A DNA stretch of 64,000 nt from a bacterium (GCA_963662285.2 CAXXMV010000008.1:896001-960000), one strand, 5' to 3'. Positions 27,772-38,033 are shown, counted from the first letter of the stretch. Made by a program: numbers and translations. The notes: generated by a model not told the origin, from the sequence alone.

Positions 27772-29124
27772 GTGAATAATAAAAACAACCAGCATTTATT
27801 GAACCGCCGCCGTTTTATCGGATCGACCGCAGCAATAGGCGGAGGTCTGGTCATGGCGGGCAGCGCACTGGCGCAAGACGCCGCGAACGACAAAATCAAT
27901 CTGGCCATAATCGGCGTAGGTTCTCAGGGTCAGGCCTTGATGAATACCTGCATGAAGATGGAAAGCGTGAATATTCAGGCTATATGCGATATCTGGGAAA
28001 ATTATAACCTTAACAAGACATCAGGCATCCTGACTAAATTCAAACAGGATCATAAAGCTTATACCGACTATCAGGAGATGCTAGCTACGGAAAAAGGTCT
28101 CGACGCCGTCATCATTGCTACTCCTGATTTTTGCCATGTGGAACAGACTGTGGCCTGCCTTAAAGCGGGGCTTAACGTTTACTGCGAAAGCGCCATGGCA
28201 AACACCATCGACGGCGCAAAACTCATGGCTAAAACCGCTAAAGAGACCGGAAAATTTTTGCAGATCGGCCTGCAACGCCGCAGCAACCCCTGGTATCAAT
28301 ACAGCCGCGATCACATAATCAATGAGACCAAACTACTAGGCAAGATCACCGCGCTCAACGGGCAATGGAATCAATCCGCGCAACCAGATCGACGTTGGCC
28401 TAAACGCTACCCCATTGATGACGCAGTGTTGAATAAATATGGTTTTCAGTCGATGCAGCAATTCCGCAACTGGAAATGGTATAAAGAATTAGGCGGCGGC
28501 CCCCTCGCTGAACTGGGTACTCATCAGATTGATGTATTCAACTGGTTTATGGGGGCGCCTCCCAAATCCATCATGGCCAGCGGTGGAACTGAGTACTATG
28601 ATTCAAAAACCCATGAGCAATGCGATACGCTGATGGTCATATTAGAGTATGAGAATAAAGGCGGAAATATCCGCGCCTTCTATCAGTCGATAAACTCGTG
28701 CAGCAACTTTGGATATCTTGAGAATTTCATGGGTGATGAGGGAACGCTTTATGTATCCGAAGCAGCCAGCCGGGTTGGAGTATACCGCGAAGAAGGCGCT
28801 CCCGATTGGGAGAAATGGGTTAAGATCGGCATTTTGAAATCTCCCGTAAAACAGGTTGAGACCAAAAAAGAGGGCGATGATACAGTTCTGGAAGTGCAGG
28901 AGACGGGCGCCCCGCCGAGTTATGATTTGCCAGTTACTTTTAACGATCCGGTATGCCAACCTCATCTGGAGAATTTCTTTAAGGCTATCAGAGGCGCAGA
29001 GAAATTGAACTGCCCGCCGGAAACCGCATTAGCTTCCAGTATAGTTATCCAGAAGATTGGCGAGTCGATTAGGGAATCTAAAAGAATCGAAATGAAACCA
29101 GAAGATTATCTGATTGCGTTATAA
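27772..29124 (+). CDS. Tat-exported Gfo/Idh/MocA oxidoreductase (variant motifs)
   Basis: NRRRFIG; IIGVGSQG, ATPDFCH, YCESAM (EKP replaced) and GGGPLAELGTHQID motifs. Confidence 0.88.
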   Translation: MNNKNNQHLLNRRRFIGSTAAIGGGLVMAGSALAQDAANDKINLAIIGVGSQGQALMNTCMKMESVNIQAICDIWENYNLNKTSGILTKFKQDHKAYTDYQEMLATEKGLDAVIIATPDFCHVEQTVACLKAGLNVYCESAMANTIDGAKLMAKTAKETGKFLQIGLQRRSNPWYQYSRDHIINETKLLGKITALNGQWNQSAQPDRRWPKRYPIDDAVLNKYGFQSMQQFRNWKWYKELGGGPLAELGTHQIDVFNWFMGAPPKSIMASGGTEYYDSKTHEQCDTLMVILEYENKGGNIRAFYQSINSCSNFGYLENFMGDEGTLYVSEAASRVGVYREEGAPDWEKWVKIGILKSPVKQVETKKEGDDTVLEVQETGAPPSYDLPVTFNDPVCQPHLENFFKAIRGAEKLNCPPETALASSIVIQKIGESIRESKRIEMKPEDYLIAL

Positions 29125-29147
29125 TGCTAAGTCACTATCTTTTTGTT

Positions 29148-29227
29148 TCATTAAGTTAAGGTATTTCATCCTATCTTTGGTGGTTTGATCAAGGGCTGAC
29201 CGCATTGCGGTCTTGCCCTTGCCACCC
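29148..29227 (+). repeat. Family-A element with TCATTAAGTTAAG left end
   Basis: Nearly identical to 12950-13029. Confidence 0.85.
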
Positions 29228-29244
29228 ATCGGCAGACTTAAAGC

Positions 29245-31158
29245 ATGATAAAAAGAATCCTGATATTTACTGTTTTGACATTGGGTTTAATTGGAACAAC
29301 CAATACCTCCGGCGATAGCGCGGCGCCTTTGCTTGGCGACCAGAGCGATGGGAGCCGGGCTATTCCAGTTCATTTGATTCCCCTGCTGGATGACGAGGGA
29401 CAAGAGATTGCGCTGGACGATGACCCTTTGCTTCCCTTCTCCACCCGTCAGACCTGCGCGTTTAAGTGTCACAGTTATGAAACCATAACCAGCGGCTGGC
29501 ATTTCAACGCGCTTAGCGCCACTCCTGCATTATCGGGAAGACCGGGTCAACCCTGGATATTCAGCGATGCTGATACCGGGACGCAGATTCCCCTTTCGCA
29601 ACGCGGGTGGCCGGGAACATACAAACCAGAGCAGATAGGGATGACGGCCTGGCGGTTCAACCAGCAGTTCGGGGGACATTCACCCGGCGGCGGCATCGGC
29701 GAAGTGGATGAGTCGGATGATACCGATGAGACCATGCGCATGATGGTTTCAGGTAAGTTGGAAGCCAACTGCCTCAGTTGTCATGACGCTGATCCGGCTC
29801 ATGATCAAGCCGAATACCAGATGCAGGTCGTGCGGCAGAATTTCCGTTGGGCGGCGGCGGCCACCAGCGGTTTTACATCGATGCGCGGTTCGGCCAGCAA
29901 AATGCCGGACACCTATGATTTTTTGATGCCGGATGAACTTGATGATCCCAAGTTGATCCCCCCGACCGTGGCCTACCGCAATGAAGCCTTCGATCATAAG
30001 GGTAGCGTGTTTTTTAACATCAAGCGTAAGGTGGATGCTGAGCGATGCTATTACTGTCACACTACTGCTAATATCCAGGGCGCTCATTCTGAGAAATGGA
30101 CTCAGGATGAAGACGTACATCTGGCTGCGGGATTAACCTGCGTTGACTGTCACCGCAACGGGCTGAATCATAACATGGTTCGTGGATATGAAGGTGAAGA
30201 AGAGGTATCAAATAATCCCATGTCCGCCGCATTATCATGCAGCGGCTGCCATCTTGGAACTGATGCATCGGCTACGCCATCCGGTGGGAGATTAGCGGCG
30301 CCCAAGCCAAGACATACCGGGATTCCGGCGGTTCATTTCAAAAAACTGACATGCACCGCCTGCCACAGTGGAACATGGCCGGGCGAGGCCACGCATAGGG
30401 TGAAGACATCCCTGGCGCATAGGCTGGGAGAACATCAAGTTAATAAATCAGAGCACGCCCTGCCCCACATCGCGTCACCGGTAATGGCCAGAACTGATGA
30501 AGGCAAAATTGCTCCTCATCATATAATCTGGCCGTCATACTGGGGAACTTTGCAGGATAACTCAATTTCGCCCATAGCTATTGATGCCGTCAAGCAAGCC
30601 ATACCCAAAGCAGTTGCCGATGCAAAGCCTTTAAATTCCGGCGATTGGAAAAGTTTCAGTGATGAGGTTGTGATTGAAACGCTGGCGGCTCTAGCGAGTA
30701 TTAATTCAGCCTCCGGCAGACCAGTTTATATCAGCGGTGGAAATCTATACCAGTTAGACGATAACAATAAACTTATCTCATCAAAACATGATGCGGCTCA
30801 GCCTTATATGTGGCAGATCGGGCATAACGTCCGACCGGCGCAGCAATCTTTGGGAGTGCGCGGATGTCAGGATTGCCATAGCCGGGACGCTAATTTCTTC
30901 TTTGGTAATGTCGAAATCGATTCACCGCTGGCTTCCAGTGCGGATGCGGTTATACCAGTGATTGCGCTGCAAGAGTTGAGCCCGATGTATACCAAGATTT
31001 TCGCGTTCACTTTCATATTCCGCCCCTGGTTCAAAGTTGTTGTTCTGACATCAGCGGTAATTGTGGCGGCGGTATTGTTGCTATTCGCTTTTATGGGGCT
31101 TAACCGTTTGATGATTTATCTGGCTGATGAGCAAGAGTGGAAGCCACCCTTGGAATGA
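29245..31158 (+). CDS. Membrane-anchored multiheme cytochrome c (7 heme motifs)
   Basis: Signal peptide; CAFKCH, CLSCH, CYYCH, CVDCH, CSGCH, CTACH, CQDCH; C-terminal TM helix. Confidence 0.85.
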   Translation: MIKRILIFTVLTLGLIGTTNTSGDSAAPLLGDQSDGSRAIPVHLIPLLDDEGQEIALDDDPLLPFSTRQTCAFKCHSYETITSGWHFNALSATPALSGRPGQPWIFSDADTGTQIPLSQRGWPGTYKPEQIGMTAWRFNQQFGGHSPGGGIGEVDESDDTDETMRMMVSGKLEANCLSCHDADPAHDQAEYQMQVVRQNFRWAAAATSGFTSMRGSASKMPDTYDFLMPDELDDPKLIPPTVAYRNEAFDHKGSVFFNIKRKVDAERCYYCHTTANIQGAHSEKWTQDEDVHLAAGLTCVDCHRNGLNHNMVRGYEGEEEVSNNPMSAALSCSGCHLGTDASATPSGGRLAAPKPRHTGIPAVHFKKLTCTACHSGTWPGEATHRVKTSLAHRLGEHQVNKSEHALPHIASPVMARTDEGKIAPHHIIWPSYWGTLQDNSISPIAIDAVKQAIPKAVADAKPLNSGDWKSFSDEVVIETLAALASINSASGRPVYISGGNLYQLDDNNKLISSKHDAAQPYMWQIGHNVRPAQQSLGVRGCQDCHSRDANFFFGNVEIDSPLASSADAVIPVIALQELSPMYTKIFAFTFIFRPWFKVVVLTSAVIVAAVLLLFAFMGLNRLMIYLADEQEWKPPLE

Positions 31159-31172
31159 AAGAGATAAACTAA

Positions 31173-31362
31173 ATCAAGGGCGAAAAACACTGCCCTTGGC
31201 GCCCATATTTAACAAAGGTGAATTAAAATTCCCCTCACCCTGGCCCTCTCCCGGCGGGCGAGGGGACAATACGGCTTAACTTAATGACATTGGAGTTAGA
31301 GGGGGACTGCGCTTTTACGAATCAACCCCCTCCTAACCTCCCCCAGGCTTGGGGGAGGAATC
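31173..31362. repeat. Mosaic: shortened family-A, family-B, CTTAACTTAATGACATTG end, family-C hairpin
   Basis: 31275-31292 is the reverse complement of CAATGTCATTAAGTTAAG; 31282-31345 matches the reverse complement of 3645-3705. Confidence 0.7.
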
Positions 31363-31397
31363 TGACGCTTCAATCTGGAATATTTTAAGGTAAAACC

Positions 31398-31892
31398 ATG
31401 TTACGATTATTATTAAAATTACTGGTCTATGTATGCGGCGCCACTTGTTGTGCGCTATTGGTGTTATCGGGATTTGGCCCAATGATAATAACCCAAGAGC
31501 CTATCACTGGATATGTAATGCTGCTGCATGTCGGCCTTGCAGGATTTTTCACAGTTTGCGTCGCCCTATTCGCCCTGTTCAGTTCTACGCGGCATATTTT
31601 CACAAAACCCGATCAATTGCTGCTGCGCTATATGTTGTTGGGCAACCAGGACAGCCGCATAACAGCGTCAACCAGCGCCGGCTTCTGGATGAAAATATGT
31701 TATTGGTTGATGCTCATAGTTTCTTTGCCGCTGATGCTATCCATTGCGCTTAGCATGTTTCCCCTGTTCGGCCCGGAGGCTCAGGAGACATTGCGTTGTC
31801 TTCATATTTACAGTGCATTCTTAATGATTCTAATGATCGTCTGTTATTTCTGCACTTCATTGGTTTATCAATTCAAAAGGTTCAATTCATGA
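31398..31892 (+). CDS. 4-TM membrane protein, cytochrome b (FdnI-like) candidate
   Basis: Four hydrophobic helices with His in LLHV and CLHIY; located between the cytochrome c gene and apbE. Confidence 0.55.
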   Translation: MLRLLLKLLVYVCGATCCALLVLSGFGPMIITQEPITGYVMLLHVGLAGFFTVCVALFALFSSTRHIFTKPDQLLLRYMLLGNQDSRITASTSAGFWMKICYWLMLIVSLPLMLSIALSMFPLFGPEAQETLRCLHIYSAFLMILMIVCYFCTSLVYQFKRFNS

Positions 31893-31899
31893 GTTTTGC

Positions 31900-32859
31900 A
31901 TGAAGTTAAACCAGAAAATTCATACGGCGTCCAGCCATCCGGAAATTATCCCCGGAGCGCATCGCTTCAGCCATGAAGCGATGGCGACGGTCTTTGAGAT
32001 AATGATTGTCTATCCAGATGTCGAGTACGCCGGTCAAGCGGCCAGGGCTGCATTTGAAGAACTGGATCGCATCGAAAACGAATTGAGCCGCTTCATCAGT
32101 AACAGCGATGTATCACGCATCAATAACCTTGCCTCTCAACAATCTACCACCGTCGGTTTGGAGACTTTCGAATGTCTCCAGCAATGCTCAATCCTATACC
32201 AGCAAACCAGCGGCGCTTTTGATATCACCATCGGAACGCTGCTGCAATGCTGGATCAATCCAGACAAGTCGCCGCGTCAACCGACGCCAGCAGAGATTCA
32301 GGCTGCATTAAAATGTACGGGGATGCATCTGGTTATACTCAACCAATCCACGCATACCGTTCAGTTGAAGAATGCGCCGATGATGATCGACCTGGGCGGC
32401 TATGGCAAAGGATACGCGGTTGACTGCATGGCCGCGCTGCTGCGGGAATGGAGCATTGACGCGGCCTTGATCCATAGCGGAGGAAGCACGGTTCTGGCGC
32501 TGAACGCGCCGCCCAAGCGTGCTGGATGGCCGGTTACTATCAGCGATCCCCAATCCGGCGAAACCATTAAACGCATAGATTTAACCAACCGCGCCGTCAG
32601 TGGATCAGGCCTGAAAAAAGGTCGCCATATCATCGATCCACGCACCGGGTCTCCAGTTGAAAAACGTAGCGCTGCATGGTCTCTGGCCAATACCGCAGCG
32701 CAAGCCGACGCGTTATCAACCGCCTTAATGATAATGACGCCCGATGAAACCAGGCGATGCCTGAATTCTCAAAAAGATGCACAAGCCATTGTCATTGAAG
32801 AATATCTATCAGACAATAACTCTAACAAAGTAATATATTATGGATTTGATAAACCATAA
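31900..32859 (+). CDS. apbE: FAD:protein FMN transferase
   Basis: AMATVF, GAFDITIG, IDLGGYGKGYAVD, HIIDPRTG and ADALSTA motifs. Confidence 0.9.
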   Translation: MKLNQKIHTASSHPEIIPGAHRFSHEAMATVFEIMIVYPDVEYAGQAARAAFEELDRIENELSRFISNSDVSRINNLASQQSTTVGLETFECLQQCSILYQQTSGAFDITIGTLLQCWINPDKSPRQPTPAEIQAALKCTGMHLVILNQSTHTVQLKNAPMMIDLGGYGKGYAVDCMAALLREWSIDAALIHSGGSTVLALNAPPKRAGWPVTISDPQSGETIKRIDLTNRAVSGSGLKKGRHIIDPRTGSPVEKRSAAWSLANTAAQADALSTALMIMTPDETRRCLNSQKDAQAIVIEEYLSDNNSNKVIYYGFDKP

Positions 32860-32930
32860 TATGATGAACTATGAGACTGTATTAAAGTGGTTTTCATGAT
32901 CAACGGACATGATTTTGAGAACTGCTTTAT

Positions 32931-34394
32931 ATGAAAGGAAATATGATGGGGAGCGAAAATATAAAAATAGGGCAAGGTTACCAGCGCCGGGATTTTTTAC
33001 GCACCGTGGGAATAGGAGCAGGCGCGTTGCTGACCTCGCAAACTCTGGCCGCTTCAGAGACAGAGAACGCTGATCAAAAGCCCAACGTCATTGTCATATT
33101 CTGTGACGATCTGGGTTATGGGGATTTGGGAACCTTTGGTCATCCTACAATCAAAACGCCCAACCTGGACCGTATGGCGCGGCAAGGACAGAAATGGACC
33201 AATTTCTACGCCGCCGCCAGCGTATGCACTCCAAGCCGCGCCGGAATCATGACCGGACGCCTGCCCATCCGCAGCGGCATGTGCAGCGATAAAAGCCGCG
33301 TGTTGTTTCCGAACTCAACGGGAGGGCTGCCCAGCAGTGAAATCACTATCGCCAAGGCATTGAAGACGCGTGGTTATACAACCGCCTGCGTGGGCAAATG
33401 GCATCTGGGGCATCTTCCCCAATACCTGCCCACCAGTCACGGTTTCGATTCATATTTCGGAATCCCCTACAGCAACGACATGGATAATGTTGCCGAAAAA
33501 GGAACGCCGGTATTCAAGGATTCCAAGATCGAGTATTTCAATGTTCCACTGATGCGTGATAAAGAGGTCATCGAACGTCCCGCCGATCAGACCACCATCA
33601 CCAAACGTTATACCAATGAAGCGATCAAGATTATTCAAGCCAATAAAGACAAGCCCTTCTTCCTCTATCTGGCGCATAACCTGCCCCATGTTCCCCTGTT
33701 CAGATCAAAAGAATTCGCGGGAACAAGCCTGCGTGGATTATACGGAGATGTGGTGGAAGAGATTGATGCGGGAGTCGGACGGATTCTGCGGACGCTGCGT
33801 AAAGAAAAACTGGATAAGAATACTATGGTGGTCTTCACCTCGGATAACGGCCCCTGGCTGACCTTCAATGAACAAGGCGGCTCAGCCGGGCTGCTACGTG
33901 AAGGCAAAGGATGCACCTACGAGGGCGGAATGCGTGAACCGACCATCTTCTGGCAGCCGGGGAAAATCAAGCCCGGCGTGGTGGCCGATATGGGTTCAAC
34001 TATGGACTTGTTCGCCACCATCTGCAATATGACCGGCGCCCAGGTTCCCGATGACCGCGTCATGGATAGTTATGATTTGAGTCCCGCATTATTCGGCGAT
34101 GGCCATAGCCCCAGAGATGAAATGATCTACTACCGGGGTCAACAAATCTTCGCCGCCCGCAAGGGATCATTTAAAGCCCATTTCATAACCCAACCAGCTT
34201 ATCGTAGGGGTGAAAGAATTGTCCATGAAACGCCGCTGTTGTATAACCTGAACCACGATCCATCTGAGAAATATGATATCGCCAAGAAGCATCCAGAGGT
34301 TATTGAAGAAATCCTCAAAGTTGTCGAACGCCATAAAACCACGGTTAAACCTGTCAAAGATCAGTTAGCCGAACGAATAACGGAGAAAAACTAA
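32931..34394 (+). CDS. Tat-exported arylsulfatase (formylglycine type)
   Basis: QRRDFLR; DDLGYGD, CTPSRAG, GKWHLG and TSDNGP motifs. Confidence 0.93.
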   Translation: MKGNMMGSENIKIGQGYQRRDFLRTVGIGAGALLTSQTLAASETENADQKPNVIVIFCDDLGYGDLGTFGHPTIKTPNLDRMARQGQKWTNFYAAASVCTPSRAGIMTGRLPIRSGMCSDKSRVLFPNSTGGLPSSEITIAKALKTRGYTTACVGKWHLGHLPQYLPTSHGFDSYFGIPYSNDMDNVAEKGTPVFKDSKIEYFNVPLMRDKEVIERPADQTTITKRYTNEAIKIIQANKDKPFFLYLAHNLPHVPLFRSKEFAGTSLRGLYGDVVEEIDAGVGRILRTLRKEKLDKNTMVVFTSDNGPWLTFNEQGGSAGLLREGKGCTYEGGMREPTIFWQPGKIKPGVVADMGSTMDLFATICNMTGAQVPDDRVMDSYDLSPALFGDGHSPRDEMIYYRGQQIFAARKGSFKAHFITQPAYRRGERIVHETPLLYNLNHDPSEKYDIAKKHPEVIEEILKVVERHKTTVKPVKDQLAERITEKN

Positions 34395-34412
34395 TATAAG
34401 GGAGGCCATACG

Positions 34413-35657
34413 ATGAATAAGCTATCCATTACGCGAAGGAATTTTCTGAACAAAAGCGGCGCCTGCTGCGCGGCGTTGCCACTGGTCAATATTATTCCCC
34501 AGGCAGTCAAAGGCGCCAACGACCGCCTGGAGATCGGCGTTATCGGTTGCGGCAACCGCGGGCGTTTGGCATTGATGAAAGATATTCATAAATACGACGA
34601 AAAGAATAATGTGACCATCACTGCGGTATGCGACGTATGGCGCCAAAACCGTGAGCAGGCGGTATTGCAGACGTTGGAGTGGTATGGCAAAGCGGCGCGT
34701 CAGTTTGAAGACTATAGAGATATGCTGCCCCTCGAAAACCTGGATGCCGTGGTAATCGCCTGCCCCGATCATCTGCATTGCACTGTTCTGGAAGCCGCCG
34801 CTGAAGCAGGAAAAGACGCTTACTGCGAAAAGCCGCTGGCTATGAACATGAAAGAGCTGAACCGCACGGTAGACGCCGTTAAGAAAAATAAACGCATCGT
34901 ACAGGTTGGAACTCAATTACGCAGTTACGATTCATTCACTGGATGCCGTCAGGTGGTCAAAGATGGTTTGCTGGGGCGTTTTCTCAAAGCCAGCCAGGTG
35001 CGCAACACCTACCGCCCCTATTGGCACAGTCATGCTGTACCAGTCAAGGAATCCGATGCCAACTGGCCATTGTTTTTAGGACACAAGAAAAAACGGCCTT
35101 TCGATGCAGACCAGTTTGCGGTTTGGTATGGTTACCGTGATTTCTCATCCGGTCCCATTGGCGGTTATATGAGTCATTTCATTGATCTGGTGCATTACCT
35201 TACCGGCGCCAAGTTCCCCCATAGCGCCGTAACCCAAGGCGGAATATACGCCTGGATCGACCAGCGCACCTGTCCCGATTCGGTGCATACCCTTTTAGAA
35301 TATCCTGAAGGTTTCATGGTCAGTTACAGCACCATATTCGGTAACGCCAATGGCAGTTATATGAAATTCTTCGGCACGCGGGGCATGATCGACTCCACCG
35401 ATTGGGACAATCCATTCATGACCGGGGAAGGTTCAGAAGACCCCAACCGAATCCCGGCCAAAAAGGCCGTTACGCCTTTGCGCGTGCCGCATCACATGGA
35501 TAACTGGCTCCAATGCCTCAGAACCCGCACCCAGCCCAATGCCAACATCGATGCGGGCTATCAACATGCGGTGGCCTGCATTCTGGCTGATGAGGCAATG
35601 GTGCAAGAACGCAAGATGATCTTTAATCCCGACTCCCGGAAAATCAGGCCTGCTTGA
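34413..35657 (+). CDS. Tat-exported Gfo/Idh/MocA oxidoreductase
   Basis: TRRNFLN; IGCGNRG, PDHLH and YCEKPL motifs. Confidence 0.9.
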   Translation: MNKLSITRRNFLNKSGACCAALPLVNIIPQAVKGANDRLEIGVIGCGNRGRLALMKDIHKYDEKNNVTITAVCDVWRQNREQAVLQTLEWYGKAARQFEDYRDMLPLENLDAVVIACPDHLHCTVLEAAAEAGKDAYCEKPLAMNMKELNRTVDAVKKNKRIVQVGTQLRSYDSFTGCRQVVKDGLLGRFLKASQVRNTYRPYWHSHAVPVKESDANWPLFLGHKKKRPFDADQFAVWYGYRDFSSGPIGGYMSHFIDLVHYLTGAKFPHSAVTQGGIYAWIDQRTCPDSVHTLLEYPEGFMVSYSTIFGNANGSYMKFFGTRGMIDSTDWDNPFMTGEGSEDPNRIPAKKAVTPLRVPHHMDNWLQCLRTRTQPNANIDAGYQHAVACILADEAMVQERKMIFNPDSRKIRPA

Positions 35658-36265
35658 TAGGCATAGAGTAGCTCTAAAATCATAAGTTATCGCATCAAGG
35701 GCTGACCGCTTTGCGGTCTTGCCCTTGGCGCCCGCATTCTGGCTGATGAGGCAATGGTGCAAGAACGCAAGATGATCTTTAATCCCAACGCACGGAAAAT
35801 CAGGCCTGCTTGATAGGCATAGAGTGGTTCTAAAATCATAAGTTATCGCATCAAGGGCTGACCGCTTTGCGGTCTTGCCCTTGGCACCCGCTTGACCGCT
35901 TTGCGGACTTGCCCTTGGCGCCCGCTTGACCGCTTTGCGGTCTTGCCCTTGGTGCCCGTCAGGCCTGCTTGAGCGGCATAGAGCGGTTCTATAATCATAA
36001 GTTATCGCATCAAGGGCTGACCGCTTTGCGGTCTTGCCCTTGGCGCCCGCTTGACCGCTTTGCGGACTTGCCCTTGGCGCCCACCAGGCCTGCTTGAGCG
36101 GCATAGAGCGGTTCTAAAATCATAAGTTATCGCATCAAGGGCTGACCGCTTTGCGGTCTTGCCCTTGGCGCCCGCTTGACCGCTATGCGGACTTGCCCTT
36201 GGCGCCCGCCCTTACCACCCGCCGCATCAAGGGCTGGACACATTGCGGTCTTGCCCTTGGCGCCT
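35578..36265 (+). repeat. Nested tandem array of 10 units, all ending at the family-A hairpin foot
   Basis: Unit lengths about 156, 156, 34, 34, 91, 34, 91, 34, 13 and 45 bp, each ending GCCCTTGG[C/T][G/A]CC[C/T] (the 13-bp unit is degenerate). Confidence 0.9.
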
Positions 36266-36402
36266 GTGATATCACGATCCTCATATACAAATATGTTAAT
36301 AAATATCATTCTACATCTCTAATCCGCTCGATTTTTTGATAACTACAAGTAGTATGTATTCATAACATTTAATAAAAATTCACAATACTTTGGAGCAACC
36401 GT

Positions 36403-37725
36403 TTGTCGAAATTTCTTTCACCCAACTTTCCCTTTAAACCAAGACGTTTGCCTTTTTTTTACGGATGGATCATACTGGCGGTAAGCACCTTTGGCATCAT
36501 CATGAGCGTGCCGGGGCAAACCATCGGCGTCAGCGCATTTATTGATGACCTGTTGGTCGCACTCGGTTTGTCGCGTATACAGCTGAGCACCGCTTACATG
36601 ATCGGCACCATCGGCAGCGCATTTCTGCTGCCCTATTGCGGACGGGTCTTCGACCGCAGGGGCGCCCGGTGGATGGTGTTGGTCTCTACTGCGTTATCAT
36701 CTGTAACTTTGTTATTTCTCAGTCAATGCGACCGTATCGCGGCATTAATTACTTTCAGCGACAATCAGGCTATTGGTACATCGATCAGTTTTTTCGTGAT
36801 AACGATGGGTTTCCTTTTTCTACGTTTTTCCGGTCAGGGGCTGCTATGCATGACGGCCCGCTCCATGCTGGGCAAATGGTTCAACCGCCGGCGGGGCTTC
36901 GCATCAGGGATCAATGGAGTAATGGTCACCTTTTCATTCTCCATCGCGCCATTAGCCTTTAACTCCATTATTAATTCATATGGCTGGCGGGGAACCTGGA
37001 TATTTCTTTCGGCCATGACGGTATTTATGGCTTTCATTGGCTGGTTGTTTTTCAGAGATAATCCAGAAGAATGCGGCTTGAAAATGGATGGCGTCAGTGA
37101 AGCAGATCATGCCGAACATGTTAAAAAAGACTTTTTCAATGTAAAAAAGGAATACACGGTTAAAGAAGCGCGCAGGACATATCCATTCTGGGCGTTTAAT
37201 CTCGGTCTGGCCGCCCAGGCCTTGATAATCACCGCTGTAACATTTCACATAGTATCACTGGGCGCCGAGATGGGATTATCCAGGAATCAATCGCTGGGGA
37301 TATTCCTTCCCATGTCCATAATCAGCATATTCAGCAACTTTCTATTCGGCTGGCTCAGCGACCGCATCGCACTTAAATATTGTCTGGCGGTTATGATGAT
37401 AATGCTGACTTTAGGAGTCGGCGGAGTTCCCTTCTTCTCTCATACTCTGGGTCGGGCGGCGGTGATCCTCGGTTTCGGCGCCAGCGGCGGCGTGTTTGGA
37501 CCATTGGTTACGGTAGTATGGCCGCGGTATTATGGGCGCAAGCATCTAGGCGCCATCAGCAGCATGAATCTGGCATCCATGGTATTCGCCAGCGCCATCG
37601 GACCATTTATATTCGGCATGTCGAAAGCGTGGTTCGGCGGTTATAACGCCGGGATTTATGCTTGTCTGGCCCTGCCGCTGATTATTTTGCTGGGATCGTT
37701 TAAGGCCAATAATCCACAAGTTTGA
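36403..37725 (+). CDS. MFS transporter
   Basis: FFYGWII, GRVFDRRG, WFNRRRG, GWLSDR and YYGRKHLG motifs; about 12 TM helices. Confidence 0.9.
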   Translation: MSKFLSPNFPFKPRRLPFFYGWIILAVSTFGIIMSVPGQTIGVSAFIDDLLVALGLSRIQLSTAYMIGTIGSAFLLPYCGRVFDRRGARWMVLVSTALSSVTLLFLSQCDRIAALITFSDNQAIGTSISFFVITMGFLFLRFSGQGLLCMTARSMLGKWFNRRRGFASGINGVMVTFSFSIAPLAFNSIINSYGWRGTWIFLSAMTVFMAFIGWLFFRDNPEECGLKMDGVSEADHAEHVKKDFFNVKKEYTVKEARRTYPFWAFNLGLAAQALIITAVTFHIVSLGAEMGLSRNQSLGIFLPMSIISIFSNFLFGWLSDRIALKYCLAVMMIMLTLGVGGVPFFSHTLGRAAVILGFGASGGVFGPLVTVVWPRYYGRKHLGAISSMNLASMVFASAIGPFIFGMSKAWFGGYNAGIYACLALPLIILLGSFKANNPQV

Positions 37726-37769
37726 TACATTGATCAGTGGGAATGCAATGTAATATTCAATCCAAATCT

Positions 37770-38033
37770 TTAATGAACGCCAAAAGCCCAACAAGCCATT
37801 ATGCCGACTCCATAAACCAATAGGGGTATAATATTCAAACGTAGGCGTATTGATTGAACCAATAAAACTATGCCAGATATAATTGCGGCTAAATTGAACA
37901 GGCCGAATAGTATCCTATTATCAATGGCAAAACGCTGAAAAGCATGATTACTATTGGCGGTTAAGATAAGAACAAAACTGATCCAAATCAAAATCGCGGG
38001 CAGCCAGATTTTAATATCCATGTTCTCTTTCAT
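37770..38033 (-). CDS. Small 3-TM hypothetical membrane protein
   Basis: ORF with GGAG RBS and three hydrophobic segments. Confidence 0.55.
   Translation of the reverse strand: MKENMDIKIWLPAILIWISFVLILTANSNHAFQRFAIDNRILFGLFNLAAIISGIVLLVQSIRLRLNIIPLLVYGVGIMACWAFGVH

Noticed and set aside
35578-35889. DGR template/variable repeat pair at a gene 3' end
   Set aside because: Only about 3 differences in the coding part, not all at template adenines; no reverse transcriptase nearby; the copy is explained by tandem duplication.
35578-36265. CRISPR array
   Set aside because: The intervening sequences are copies of each other and of the adjacent gene, lengths are irregular, and no cas genes are in the window.
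35433-36339. ORFs of 223, 60 and 62 aa with repeated GAKGKTAKRSALD
   Set aside because: They are translations of the hairpin repeats, partly antisense to a real gene.
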